IMG/VR virus record: IMGVR_UViG_3300021085_002857
Coordinates: 1-64,000 of that record
Direction: 5' to 3' (one strand)
DNA: 64,000 nucleotides
Origin: a virus
Lineage: Duplodnaviria; Caudoviricetes
Shown: positions 38,725 through 47,319 of the stretch, piece after piece
Layout: each line of letters starts with the position of its first letter
Position numbering within the stretch: position 1 is the first letter of the stretch
Program-made: the position numbers and the translations under genes
The notes under the pieces: generated by a model
Databases searched by the model: none
Seen by the model: the letters and a program-made list of their open reading frames with translations, nothing else
What the model was told of the DNA's origin: nothing

Positions 38725-38935
38725 TATTTTCACTCTCCTCTACAGGTTCTGTAGAGCCTTCCGTTGGTTCAGTTGCTGGTGTATTTGCTTTTACAAAAGT
38801 TACCAGTTTGGTAAAGCAATCTCCTACTTGAGTTGCTTCTGCCGCCTTAAATGCGCCACGCTGTGTCGCCAAATCGATTATATTTGCCGCTAAGACTAGA
38901 TCAGAAATGGCAATCTGTGTTTGCTCTTCGCTCAT
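38717..38935 (-). CDS. small hypothetical phage protein
   Basis: 72 aa, AAGGAG RBS, CATAAATA at 38970-38977. Confidence 0.75.
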   Translation of the reverse strand: MSEEQTQIAISDLVLAANIIDLATQRGAFKAAEATQVGDCFTKLVTFVKANTPATEPTEGSTEPVEESENNE

Positions 38936-38980
38936 TTTATTCTCCTTTTGAATAATTAAATACTATGTTTATTTATGGTA

Positions 38981-39262
38981 TTAGTTTCTTGCTAATTTAC
39001 TTACCATTAAATCTTTTTCAAATTGTAGTAAATCTTCACTTAATTCAAACCAAATTTGATATACACTATCACTTTTGTCTAAACTTCTAATATGATACAA
39101 ACCTGTTGTGTTTCTTATTAGTTCTTCCCATTCAACCTTTTCTTTGGTTTGGACAACTATAAGGACACGGTTACGCATCATCTCTAAAAGTAACTCAGTA
39201 CCACTTATTAATGCCAAGTCCGATTCGCTCAAACTGCCACCATTTTTAATTAACCTAATCAT
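38981..39262 (-). CDS. hypothetical protein
   Basis: Start reassigned to MIRLIK, overlapping the vWA stop. Confidence 0.6.
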   Translation of the reverse strand: MIRLIKNGGSLSESDLALISGTELLLEMMRNRVLIVVQTKEKVEWEELIRNTTGLYHIRSLDKSDSVYQIWFELSEDLLQFEKDLMVSKLARN

Positions 39263-40430
39263 AATGAATTGTAACCCCAAACGGAGACTGAATGCTATGC
39301 TTTGGATCACCATGTACAACAAATAGTGTATCACAGTAATCTGGGTTTCCCCAGGATCCCCAAGGTAAGCCGTCAGTGAACATGACTAATTGGTCAGGTT
39401 CTATGTTCTGTTCACTCAAATAGTTGAACACAACGTCAAAATCAGTGCCACCTCCACCAATAACTTCATATTCACTTAGGTTACGGCCATCGTCGCTTGT
39501 AAAGCAATCATCGCCATATACTCCTGTATCGAATTGGAAGATATGGATCTTGTAGCTCTGGTATTGGTCCATAATGCCTTGTACTTCACTAAGGAAGACA
39601 CGCAACATGTCTGCACTAATACTGCCAGATGTGTCTAGCGCCACACATATATTTAGCTCTTCGTCTCTATTCATGCCTGGAAATATAACTTGTCCGCTAC
39701 GTTTACTAGGACGCATAAATGTAAAGTCTGATTTTATTGAGCTTTCTAATTGTGTTCTAAGCACATCACGCCAATCCATTCTAGGCGCAATTAATTCATT
39801 AATCATACGTTTAACAGCCTCAGGTGCTTCTCCACCTGCAGCTTGTGTTGCTTGAATTACAGCTTGTTTAATTTCGTCTTGCAATGCTTTACGCTCTTCT
39901 GCAGACATAGGCTTAAACCCACCTTTGCCTTCGCCCTCACCTTCACCATCTCCTGATCCATCTAGATCTAAGTGAAAGTCCATGCCCATTGCTTCTGGCA
40001 TAGTTTGAAGTAGGTCATCATATATTTCATACGAGTTCCAACCTGTATACTTCCAATCTAAGCAAGGCTTGCCGCCATCTAGTTTATCTTCTCCAATTAT
40101 TTTACCTACATTTTGTTCAATAAGAGTCATGTTAATATTATAATCTGCCGCGGCATTATATAGTCTATGTAGTCGATCTCCACGTGCTTCCATGTGATCA
40201 AATACACAGTGTAGAACTTCATGTCCTACTAAAAAGTCAAGTTCGTCATCGTCTAGTCTATCAATAAACTGTCGATTAAACAAAAACTGACGACCATCTG
40301 TTGCCGCTGTAGGGCACCATTCACTCGCATCTTTTAATTTAAGACGGATGGCAAGTTGGCCAAACCAAGGGCGAGTGAGTAGCAGTCTTACTCTACTCTG
40401 TGTAATGCGTTCTTCAGCTGTTTTCTGCAT
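39255..40430 (-). CDS. metallopeptidase-vWA domain protein (MoxR partner type)
   Basis: TAATDG, HEVLH, LDTSGS MIDAS, GGGGTDF, FTDG. Confidence 0.88.
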   Translation of the reverse strand: MQKTAEERITQSRVRLLLTRPWFGQLAIRLKLKDASEWCPTAATDGRQFLFNRQFIDRLDDDELDFLVGHEVLHCVFDHMEARGDRLHRLYNAAADYNINMTLIEQNVGKIIGEDKLDGGKPCLDWKYTGWNSYEIYDDLLQTMPEAMGMDFHLDLDGSGDGEGEGEGKGGFKPMSAEERKALQDEIKQAVIQATQAAGGEAPEAVKRMINELIAPRMDWRDVLRTQLESSIKSDFTFMRPSKRSGQVIFPGMNRDEELNICVALDTSGSISADMLRVFLSEVQGIMDQYQSYKIHIFQFDTGVYGDDCFTSDDGRNLSEYEVIGGGGTDFDVVFNYLSEQNIEPDQLVMFTDGLPWGSWGNPDYCDTLFVVHGDPKHSIQSPFGVTIHYD

Positions 40431-40445
40431 GTGATGATCCTTCAT

Positions 40446-40488
40446 TAACTTACTCGTAGACTATACATGGTATTTGAGACGTTGTCAA
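40446..40488 (-). promoter_or_regulatory. early promoter with GTAAGTTA box
   Basis: TTGACA 40488-40483, N17, TATAGT 40465-40460, GTAAGTTA 40453-40446. Confidence 0.8.
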
Positions 40489-40491
40489 GCA

Positions 40492-40851
40492 TTAAATTGA
40501 AAGTTTAAAAAGCATAGCTTCTTCTGGGTTTTTAAAGTAGACCGCATGTGAATCATCTGGGTTTGCATATTTTTGTATTTCAAAATCTTGATGAAAGCAA
40601 TGTGTTTTACACCATTTTTGAGCTTCTGTATACTTACCTCTGATGTCTACTTTTGTTGCAGTGGACTTCCATTTAGTCTTATATTCAAATATATCTACTG
40701 GAAGTACGTCTTTAAAATCTAATCCATATAAACGGATATTAGTTCTTTGTCGAGGGGAGTAGAGGGAGAGGTCTACCTGCTCTCCCTCCTTTAGTTTAGG
40801 CGTCAAGTACGAGTCGACCATAACGGTTAAAATACTCCTCAAATCGTTCAA
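40492..40851 (-). CDS. hypothetical protein (start uncertain)
   Basis: ORF between MoxR and vWA genes. Confidence 0.6.
   Translation of the reverse strand: MNDLRSILTVMVDSYLTPKLKEGEQVDLSLYSPRQRTNIRLYGLDFKDVLPVDIFEYKTKWKSTATKVDIRGKYTEAQKWCKTHCFHQDFEIQKYANPDDSHAVYFKNPEEAMLFKLSI
40762..40788. other. 9-bp stem hairpin just downstream of the MoxR stop
   Basis: GAGGGAGAG / CTCTCCCTC with 9-nt loop; no U-tract on the coding strand. Confidence 0.4.
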
Positions 40852-41911
40852 TTTTATCTTGTTTTGGCATCAACTTATATTGTTGCATTGCGATACGGCT
40901 TGCCATAATAACCATTTCAGTCTCAAAATTATCCATCATAAATCCGATAAAGTTTGAAAAACTTTTGTGGAAGTTATCCATCTTGCCTGATTTTTCGCCG
41001 TTAATATTACGATCACGCAACTCATAACATAGGCTAGTAGCAAGTGCATACGCCGCACTAATTTCTGATGTCTCAAGTTTCTTAACTTTACCATCCAATA
41101 CATCTTCTGGCATTGGCAAGTCACTAGCAATTTGACGATGTGACATAAACTTTACGGCAATGCCTTCTCCAATACATCCTGCAACTAAATCTGTTTGCAA
41201 TCCTGCACTCAAGTCTTCACTATCTTCTAGCAATTCTGAAACAAATGTCCATGATCGCGGTGTGGAAAAACCACGTGAGCTAGATTGCGGATCGAAGTTA
41301 TATAAGTCGCCTTTTGCAAAACTAATATAACCAACAACATCTGCATCGATATTGTTTTCTGGAGCAACAGCCCAGTTCAACCAATCTTGGAAATCAACAC
41401 GTAGTTCAAAGTGAACAAAACGATTCTCAAGTGGCTTAGGCATACGATATGTAACGCCTTTGTCAGTTTCGCGGTTACCAGCGGCAATAATTACCACATT
41501 GTCTGGCAATACATATTGACCAATTCGACGATTTAGAATAAGCTGGTATGCGGCAGCCTGTACACTAGGTGCAGCACTATTAAGTTCATCTAGGAACAAA
41601 ATAACAGTATCATACATAGCTGCCATTTCAGCAGTTGGTAGATCTGCGGCTGGAAGCCAAATCATTTGTTTAGTTTCCATGTCTGGTGCTGGATAACCAC
41701 GCAAATCTGTAGGCTCAAATAATGCAAGACGCAAATCAATTACATGAGTGTTACCCATGACACCACTTGCACCGATTCCTTCAACAAGCTCTGATTTGCC
41801 AATACCTGGAGGTCCCCAAAGGAATACAGGGCGTTTTTTCTTAAACGCTCGTGTAATAAGTATTTTTGCTTCTGAAATCTTTACAGTACGTGTTTCTGTA
41901 ATAGTAGACAT
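40796..41911 (-). CDS. MoxR-like AAA+ ATPase
   Basis: GPPGIGKS, LFLDELN, AAGN, LENRF; start MSTITE behind AAGGA RBS. Confidence 0.9.
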   Translation of the reverse strand: MSTITETRTVKISEAKILITRAFKKKRPVFLWGPPGIGKSELVEGIGASGVMGNTHVIDLRLALFEPTDLRGYPAPDMETKQMIWLPAADLPTAEMAAMYDTVILFLDELNSAAPSVQAAAYQLILNRRIGQYVLPDNVVIIAAGNRETDKGVTYRMPKPLENRFVHFELRVDFQDWLNWAVAPENNIDADVVGYISFAKGDLYNFDPQSSSRGFSTPRSWTFVSELLEDSEDLSAGLQTDLVAGCIGEGIAVKFMSHRQIASDLPMPEDVLDGKVKKLETSEISAAYALATSLCYELRDRNINGEKSGKMDNFHKSFSNFIGFMMDNFETEMVIMASRIAMQQYKLMPKQDKIERFEEYFNRYGRLVLDA

Positions 41912-41932
41912 TCGACATTCCTTTTTGTTAAC

Positions 41933-41982
41933 TAACTTACTCTTACACATTACAGTAAGACGCATTGGTTGTCAAGAAAAAA
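41933..41982 (-). promoter_or_regulatory. early promoter with GTAAGTTA box; 29-bp exact copy of 1207-1235
   Basis: TTGACA 41975-41970, N17, TAATGT, N6, GTAAGTTA 41940-41933. Confidence 0.8.
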
Positions 41983-41999
41983 AAGACAATAAAATTAAA

Positions 42000-42308
42000 T
42001 TAATTTCTGTTATATCTCACGTATAGTTCTTTTATACTGAGAGACGTATCAGGTCTTCTGTCTTTCTTTTTCGTATGTTTGGATTTTTTAATTTGTACAG
42101 TATAAGCACCAGTATTTGGATCTAGCCTACTGCATCCTGTTGCATATTCGCTATTATGCGTCCATGCTATAATTTCGTTTGATATTTGTCCATGTCCAGT
42201 AACTATTATAGTACTTTTGATACCATTATAAAAGCAATTAGAAAGATGTGTATTAAATATATTCCAAGCGTTATGTACTGTATATCCATGCAAATCCAAG
42301 GATGTCAT
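42000..42308 (-). CDS. stand-alone Smr-domain protein
   Basis: LDLHG, IIVTGHG, NxGA motifs. Confidence 0.8.
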   Translation of the reverse strand: MTSLDLHGYTVHNAWNIFNTHLSNCFYNGIKSTIIVTGHGQISNEIIAWTHNSEYATGCSRLDPNTGAYTVQIKKSKHTKKKDRRPDTSLSIKELYVRYNRN

Positions 42309-42601
42309 TTGCTTACTATCCATGCATCTACTCCTCCTAGCTTGGCCATAAATGCATCACGTTCACTGAATAACATTACTTTTTTTGTGTCAAAATAATA
42401 GGGCATCTTCATTTTGCGTTGTAAATGAATTATTTGTCCTGTAGTTATTCTATTATCTAAAAGAAATGTCCAATGGTCAAAGTTTTCACAGAAAACCTTG
42501 CATCCGAGTTTAGTAAGTCTTAGTGAGTCTTTACTCTGAAATAACTTCTCTTCTCCTGTGTTACCAAGAGAGCTAATCAGTTTATTTTTTATCTCCATCA
42601 C
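42305..42601 (-). CDS. hypothetical phage protein
   Basis: 98 aa, overlaps neighbours. Confidence 0.7.
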   Translation of the reverse strand: MMEIKNKLISSLGNTGEEKLFQSKDSLRLTKLGCKVFCENFDHWTFLLDNRITTGQIIHLQRKMKMPYYFDTKKVMLFSERDAFMAKLGGVDAWIVSK

Positions 42602-42881
42602 GTGTAACTACTTCTCCTTCAAGTAGTCTTACTACTGTAAAATCGTCAGTGTTAAACTGTTTATTTAATCTTGCAGCCAAATTAAAAGCATGTCCACTGT
42701 TACTGAAACTTATCTTTTTGTATTTGGGTCCTGGATAGTTTACTAAAGTACTTAATGTTCTTAAATTAATTGGTTGTCCTTTGTAAAAAACAGCGTAAAT
42801 TGCACTTGCCTCTAAGATTTGCTCTGAGTTATAGTTCTTATCTACGTGTTCCAGTAATATAGTTGGTTTTGGTCTAGCCAT
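42582..42881 (-). CDS. hypothetical phage protein (MARPKP..., PGPKYKK)
   Basis: 99 aa, AAGGA RBS. Confidence 0.75.
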   Translation of the reverse strand: MARPKPTILLEHVDKNYNSEQILEASAIYAVFYKGQPINLRTLSTLVNYPGPKYKKISFSNSGHAFNLAARLNKQFNTDDFTVVRLLEGEVVTRDGDKK

Positions 42882-42924
42882 GTTTTAATTCTTATCCTTA
42901 CTACGTATTGTCCCCCGACATACT

Positions 42925-42932
42925 TATTTATA
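42925..42932 (-). promoter_or_regulatory. T4-type late promoter consensus TATAAATA
   Basis: Exact TATAAATA in an intergenic gap upstream of 42881. Confidence 0.5.
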
Positions 42933-42954
42933 AGAATTTTAATTAAAACATGTT

Positions 42955-43359
42955 TTATTGATTGTCTGGGCTTATTAATCTAAGTCCAGTACCTTGATGA
43001 ACAATACAAGTCGTATTAAACTGTGGAGCAATGAATATAAAACTATATTCTCCAGTAATTGCATTAATTAGTAATGCGGTGTATTGAAAAATACCTGGAT
43101 CTTGTGGATACTTTTCTCCAGTTACAAAAACTTGTTTACCTGTGGATATCATCATGTCTCTTATAACTTGGCTATTACCACATAACATACCTGTTTCATA
43201 ATTTTGTAATGGCGCCTCTTGTGGTGTCAGATCAGGTTCTGACAGATCAGGTTCTGGTAACGTTTCTATATCAGGTACATCAGGAAGAATATCTACGCCT
43301 AATCCTTGAGCGTTTACTTGTGTTGCTAATAAAAGCAATATAGCTATATATCTAATCAT
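42955..43359 (-). CDS. secreted hypothetical protein
   Basis: Signal peptide (VNA), Pro/Asp-rich linker. Confidence 0.65.
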   Translation of the reverse strand: MIRYIAILLLLATQVNAQGLGVDILPDVPDIETLPEPDLSEPDLTPQEAPLQNYETGMLCGNSQVIRDMMISTGKQVFVTGEKYPQDPGIFQYTALLINAITGEYSFIFIAPQFNTTCIVHQGTGLRLISPDNQ

Positions 43360-43786
43360 ATTTTTTAGTCCTTTTAAGTTGTAAGTTCATGTCCCATTCT
43401 GTTAAAAAAGGACCATTGTACTCATAGTTCTGTAACGTAGATAGTCTAGGACAGAAACTAGGTAACCATTTCTTAAACTTTATTATATAATAGCCTGCAG
43501 CATGTGGTTGCTTCATACTTGGCTTTTTATAAAATATAGGCAATTTTTCATGCTCGCCATTATATACTATACTACTATTAGTAGGATAACCTTGACATGT
43601 TTTGAGATCTGTTTCTTGCTTTTCTATGCTACCAAAGTCATTAAGATTATCTATATTTGTAGTTGTTTTATCTAATTGATTAAAGAACTCATAGCCAGTA
43701 GATACTTTTCTAATAGTACCCACTTTACCAATTCTGGATTCTACAATCCAAAATTTATCTTCTATAAGCTCAATAGTATTATACAT
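43352..43786 (-). CDS. hypothetical phage protein
   Basis: 144 aa, AGYYIIKF..W..SFCP motif. Confidence 0.7.
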   Translation of the reverse strand: MYNTIELIEDKFWIVESRIGKVGTIRKVSTGYEFFNQLDKTTTNIDNLNDFGSIEKQETDLKTCQGYPTNSSIVYNGEHEKLPIFYKKPSMKQPHAAGYYIIKFKKWLPSFCPRLSTLQNYEYNGPFLTEWDMNLQLKRTKKYD

Positions 43787-44109
43787 TATACGTTACTATG
43801 TGATCCATCACAAGTTTTAACTGCACTTTGTGTTTTGCCACAAGTACATGCCGCACCCAAACGTTTAAAATCTGTAACATTTTGTACTCTAAATGCACGC
43901 CAACCTTCTGCCTTGACATCCCATACACTTACTACTTCCTCGTTTAGTTCACGAATCTTTTTTTGTGTCATTGTGTCTTCTTTTATAGCTTTAGGCAAAA
44001 CACGTGGATGCAAAGTACAATTCATTATCCTTTGCTCTCCACTAATTTTATTAAATGTGACTTCAAAAACTCCACGTTTAAGTTTATCAATATATTCGTT
44101 ATGTGTCAT
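43786..44109 (-). CDS. WYL_2/Sm-like phage domain fused to a CDGSH-type Fe-S motif
   Basis: FxKxxGExRxMxCTL...WDxxxxGWRAFR then CTCGKTQSAVKTCDGSH. Confidence 0.7.
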   Translation of the reverse strand: MTHNEYIDKLKRGVFEVTFNKISGEQRIMNCTLHPRVLPKAIKEDTMTQKKIRELNEEVVSVWDVKAEGWRAFRVQNVTDFKRLGAACTCGKTQSAVKTCDGSHSNV

Positions 44110-44284
44110 AATATCCAATTCTCCATTTTTCATAAATTTTCCATCCTTCCCACAATAAAGCTAAAATAATTGCTGTAATGATTCCTCCACCAAATAGTGT
44201 CGCAAACAAAAATGTATGAAATAAATTGGAAAATACTAATATTGCAATCCAATCATACCATTTAAAAAGATGCAGATCAGTCAT
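44099..44284 (-). CDS. small membrane protein
   Basis: 61 aa, two TM segments. Confidence 0.6.
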   Translation of the reverse strand: MTDLHLFKWYDWIAILVFSNLFHTFLFATLFGGGIITAIILALLWEGWKIYEKWRIGYYDT

Positions 44285-45269
44285 TGTATGCCTTATTCAA
44301 GTATACTGCATGATCATTCACTCTTTCAGCCAATCTAGCTAAGTCATGTTTGCCGCATAAACGCATAAGGTGTATACCTACTTGCGACTTACGTTCTTTC
44401 TGTACTTGCTCTACGATAGCTTTATCTAACTGTTCCTTTACATTATCGGGCTGTGCAGTAAGATCAATAATATGCACATTGCGTTGATAGTCTTCCAACA
44501 CACGATGCTCATCATTGTTATGATCTACCCAACGCTGTAACATAAAATTATTCCAATTGTAGCCTTTTGTGTTGCGATCCTCAAATGCTTCCATCATACC
44601 TACTTTATTTTTAGTGCCTTTCTTACGAGCACCTGGACATGCACTAAACACATTATCAGCAGTATCACCACGTATGCACTTTTCAAACAATAACCATTCA
44701 GGATCGCCTATCAGTTTAGGCTCTTTAGTTTTCTTATCAATAACTGGCTTACCACGGTCATCAAAGATACCTTTGGTTGTAATAAGTTGTCCAGTAATAC
44801 CATTGTATTGTGTTACGTTCTCATTAAGCAATTGATAAAAGTCACTGTCACTACTTACGATGCAATGTTTGTCGTTAGGATGATTTTGTATCCAACGTGC
44901 AATAAAGTCATCTGCTTCACAAATACTATCCTGTAATACTGTTACATTTGTTTTGTCACGCATAAATGTTTGGAACTCATCAAAAGCATCCCAAAACTGC
45001 TGATCTTCCTGTTGCTCACGATCTGTTTTGGCGGCAATAGCTTCCTTACGATTTCGCTTGTAAGGCTCATAAAAGTCCTTGCGCCAGCTTCGTCCCTCAA
45101 GACACATTACAACATGTGAGCCATCTTGATCACGCCATACTTTATTAATACTATTAAACATAATATGATATGCCATACCAATTTTAGTACTCATGTCATC
45201 GCCACGTACAACATGTCGAGCTCGCATAAACATATTAGCCGCATCTACCAGTATATAGGTATTACTCAT
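44277..45269 (-). CDS. 5'-3' exonuclease / T4 RNase H-like flap nuclease
   Basis: LVDxxN, WRKxxYxxYKxNR, EADD, SSDSDFYQL, GDxxDN. Confidence 0.9.
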   Translation of the reverse strand: MSNTYILVDAANMFMRARHVVRGDDMSTKIGMAYHIMFNSINKVWRDQDGSHVVMCLEGRSWRKDFYEPYKRNRKEAIAAKTDREQQEDQQFWDAFDEFQTFMRDKTNVTVLQDSICEADDFIARWIQNHPNDKHCIVSSDSDFYQLLNENVTQYNGITGQLITTKGIFDDRGKPVIDKKTKEPKLIGDPEWLLFEKCIRGDTADNVFSACPGARKKGTKNKVGMMEAFEDRNTKGYNWNNFMLQRWVDHNNDEHRVLEDYQRNVHIIDLTAQPDNVKEQLDKAIVEQVQKERKSQVGIHLMRLCGKHDLARLAERVNDHAVYLNKAYND

Positions 45270-45461
45270 TTAAACCTCATTTAGTTCGTTTGTTAATTTT
45301 GCGATTTCTTGTTTGATATGTAGTTTTTTGGTTTTAAGTTCTTTTACTTTAAATTCACTTACACTTATTGGTAATGATAAAATTTCATTATCTAAACTAC
45401 GGTGTTTTTTCTTAAGACTTTCGATATATCGAAATTTACTATTCACTGTTCCTGTTCCCAT
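45270..45461 (-). CDS. DUF465/YdcH-like coiled-coil protein
   Basis: HxxLDxEI...LKxKKLxIKxEI. Confidence 0.6.
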   Translation of the reverse strand: MGTGTVNSKFRYIESLKKKHRSLDNEILSLPISVSEFKVKELKTKKLHIKQEIAKLTNELNEV

Positions 45462-45483
45462 AATAGTCTCCTGTTATAGTATT

Positions 45484-45512
45484 ATTATACAATAAAGAGT
45501 AAAGGACGTCAA
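45484..45512 (-). promoter_or_regulatory. sigma70-type promoter
   Basis: TTGACG-N17-TATAAT, AGGAG RBS before 45461. Confidence 0.75.
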
Positions 45513-45799
45513 GCATTATTGACGTCCTCTGCAATACCCCTACATAAATTGGTAAACCAAGAATCAATTATTTCTTCTTCGTCTTTTCCACTATATCCAG
45601 CTTCTAAAAGTTGTGCAACAAATAGTTGATTCCAGTCTAATTCAAAATATCCTTGTCCTGGGTTTTCAGGATCAATATTGACTTCTACGACTTTTACAAA
45701 TGGTTCCCCACGTGCTGTTGCTTTTTCTTTTTCAGTAAGAATACTTTGTTCTTTTTTAGTTGTTTTTAATTTTTGAGTTAGCTTATTCCACCATCCCAT
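45509..45799 (-). CDS. hypothetical phage protein
   Basis: 96 aa, GYFELDWN motif. Confidence 0.75.
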   Translation of the reverse strand: MGWWNKLTQKLKTTKKEQSILTEKEKATARGEPFVKVVEVNIDPENPGQGYFELDWNQLFVAQLLEAGYSGKDEEEIIDSWFTNLCRGIAEDVNNA

Positions 45800-45802
45800 A
45801 AT

Positions 45803-46906
45803 TTACCATCCGATCTGTTCCCAAGGAACGTTTTTATTACCAAAGTGACCATAAACACAGTTTTCACTATATCCATAATAGTTGTACATGTCAAATCTGT
45901 CAATGATTCCTTTTGGTGTTAAATCAATATTATCTTCAATGAACTTTTGAATTGTTCTATTGTGTCCATTTGAATCTACATAGATACTTGTTGGTTCCTT
46001 AACACCAATAGCATATGACAATTGAATTTGACACCAATCAGCCATGTTGTCTGCTACTACATTCTTTGCTAACCATCGTGCCATATATGCCGCACTACGG
46101 TCTACTTTGGTAGGATCTTTACCACTAAAAGCACCACCGCCATGAGGAGCAAAGCCGCCATAGGTATCAACAATAATTTTGCGTCCGGTAAGTCCGGTAT
46201 CGCCGTCAGGACCGCCAATAACAAAGTTACCAGTAGGATTAATATGCCATATTGTATTTTTATCAATTAGATCTCCTAATATTTCTTCTGCCGCATCACG
46301 TGCAGGTGCCACAGTACTGTGAACAAAACCTTCTTTATGTTGATGTGACACAACAATTTGATCAATACGCTTTGGTTTACCGCCCTCGTATTGGACACTC
46401 ACTTGTGACTTTGCATCAGGTAATAAAAAATCATATCCATCATTACGATACTCTTTTAGCTTTTTTAGTATTTCATGCGAATAATGAATTGGCGATGGCA
46501 AAAATGCGTCATTTTCGTTACTTGCGTAACCAAACATTAGTCCTTGGTCACCTGCACCAAAGTCATCAGTACCCAAACCAATGTCTGCACTCTGACTATG
46601 TAATTTATTGTTGATGGTTTTATTATCAATTGTTAATTTTTCCCAATGGAAACCATCTTGTTCGTATCCAATCTCTTTAACTTTGTCTCTAACAATTTGT
46701 TCAACTTCATCGTTAGTAACGTTAAAGTTTTTTACTTCGCCCGCCAATGTTACATAATTGGTGGTTACAAGTGTTTCAACCGCGACACGAGTAGTTTCGT
46801 CGCCTGCTTTAAGTCCTGCGTCAACTAGTGCATCACTAATTTGGTCTGCTACTTTATCTGGGTGTCCATCACTGACACTTTCGCTTGTAAAAATATAGTC
46901 GTTCAT
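45803..46906 (-). CDS. metK: S-adenosylmethionine synthetase
   Basis: FTSESVxxGHPDK, GAGDQG, GGGAFSGKDPTKVDRS. Confidence 0.97.
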   Translation of the reverse strand: MNDYIFTSESVSDGHPDKVADQISDALVDAGLKAGDETTRVAVETLVTTNYVTLAGEVKNFNVTNDEVEQIVRDKVKEIGYEQDGFHWEKLTIDNKTINNKLHSQSADIGLGTDDFGAGDQGLMFGYASNENDAFLPSPIHYSHEILKKLKEYRNDGYDFLLPDAKSQVSVQYEGGKPKRIDQIVVSHQHKEGFVHSTVAPARDAAEEILGDLIDKNTIWHINPTGNFVIGGPDGDTGLTGRKIIVDTYGGFAPHGGGAFSGKDPTKVDRSAAYMARWLAKNVVADNMADWCQIQLSYAIGVKEPTSIYVDSNGHNRTIQKFIEDNIDLTPKGIIDRFDMYNYYGYSENCVYGHFGNKNVPWEQIGW

Positions 46907-46920
46907 ATTATATTATTTTC

Positions 46921-47319
46921 CTATAATGTTTTTATTTTTGTAGAAATTGTTTGTATGAGACTTCCTAGCCCATTTCTACGTTGTACTGAAAGAAGTTCTT
47001 TGATTCCCAACTTCTCAAAATCTTGTTTAGTTAATTGCTTTGCTTCATCCAATGGGATATCGCTAAAACAATCAGCAACTACACTAGTGATACCTTTTGT
47101 AATCATAGCATCGCTATCATAGTAAACTTGTACTAAATCCTCTTGTACTCCGACATCGATCCAAATTTGGCTCATACATCCGTGTACTAGTCTATCATCT
47201 GTACGCAATTCAACTGGTAGATTGGTTGGTTTTTTTGCCAAGTCTATCAGATGAACTAATCTATCATCATCATCCAAGAAACTAAATTCCTCAGTCCATT
47301 CATTTATTTTTGTATTCAT
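46921..47319 (-). CDS. sufE: SufE-family Fe-S assembly sulfur acceptor
   Basis: VxGCxSQIW, DSDAxITKG, LSxxRxNGL. Confidence 0.9.
   Translation of the reverse strand: MNTKINEWTEEFSFLDDDDRLVHLIDLAKKPTNLPVELRTDDRLVHGCMSQIWIDVGVQEDLVQVYYDSDAMITKGITSVVADCFSDIPLDEAKQLTKQDFEKLGIKELLSVQRRNGLGSLIQTISTKIKTL

Noticed and set aside
40762-40788. Rho-independent terminator after MoxR
   Set aside because: Good stem but no U-tract on the transcribed strand, and it lies within the next ORF; kept only as an unassigned hairpin.
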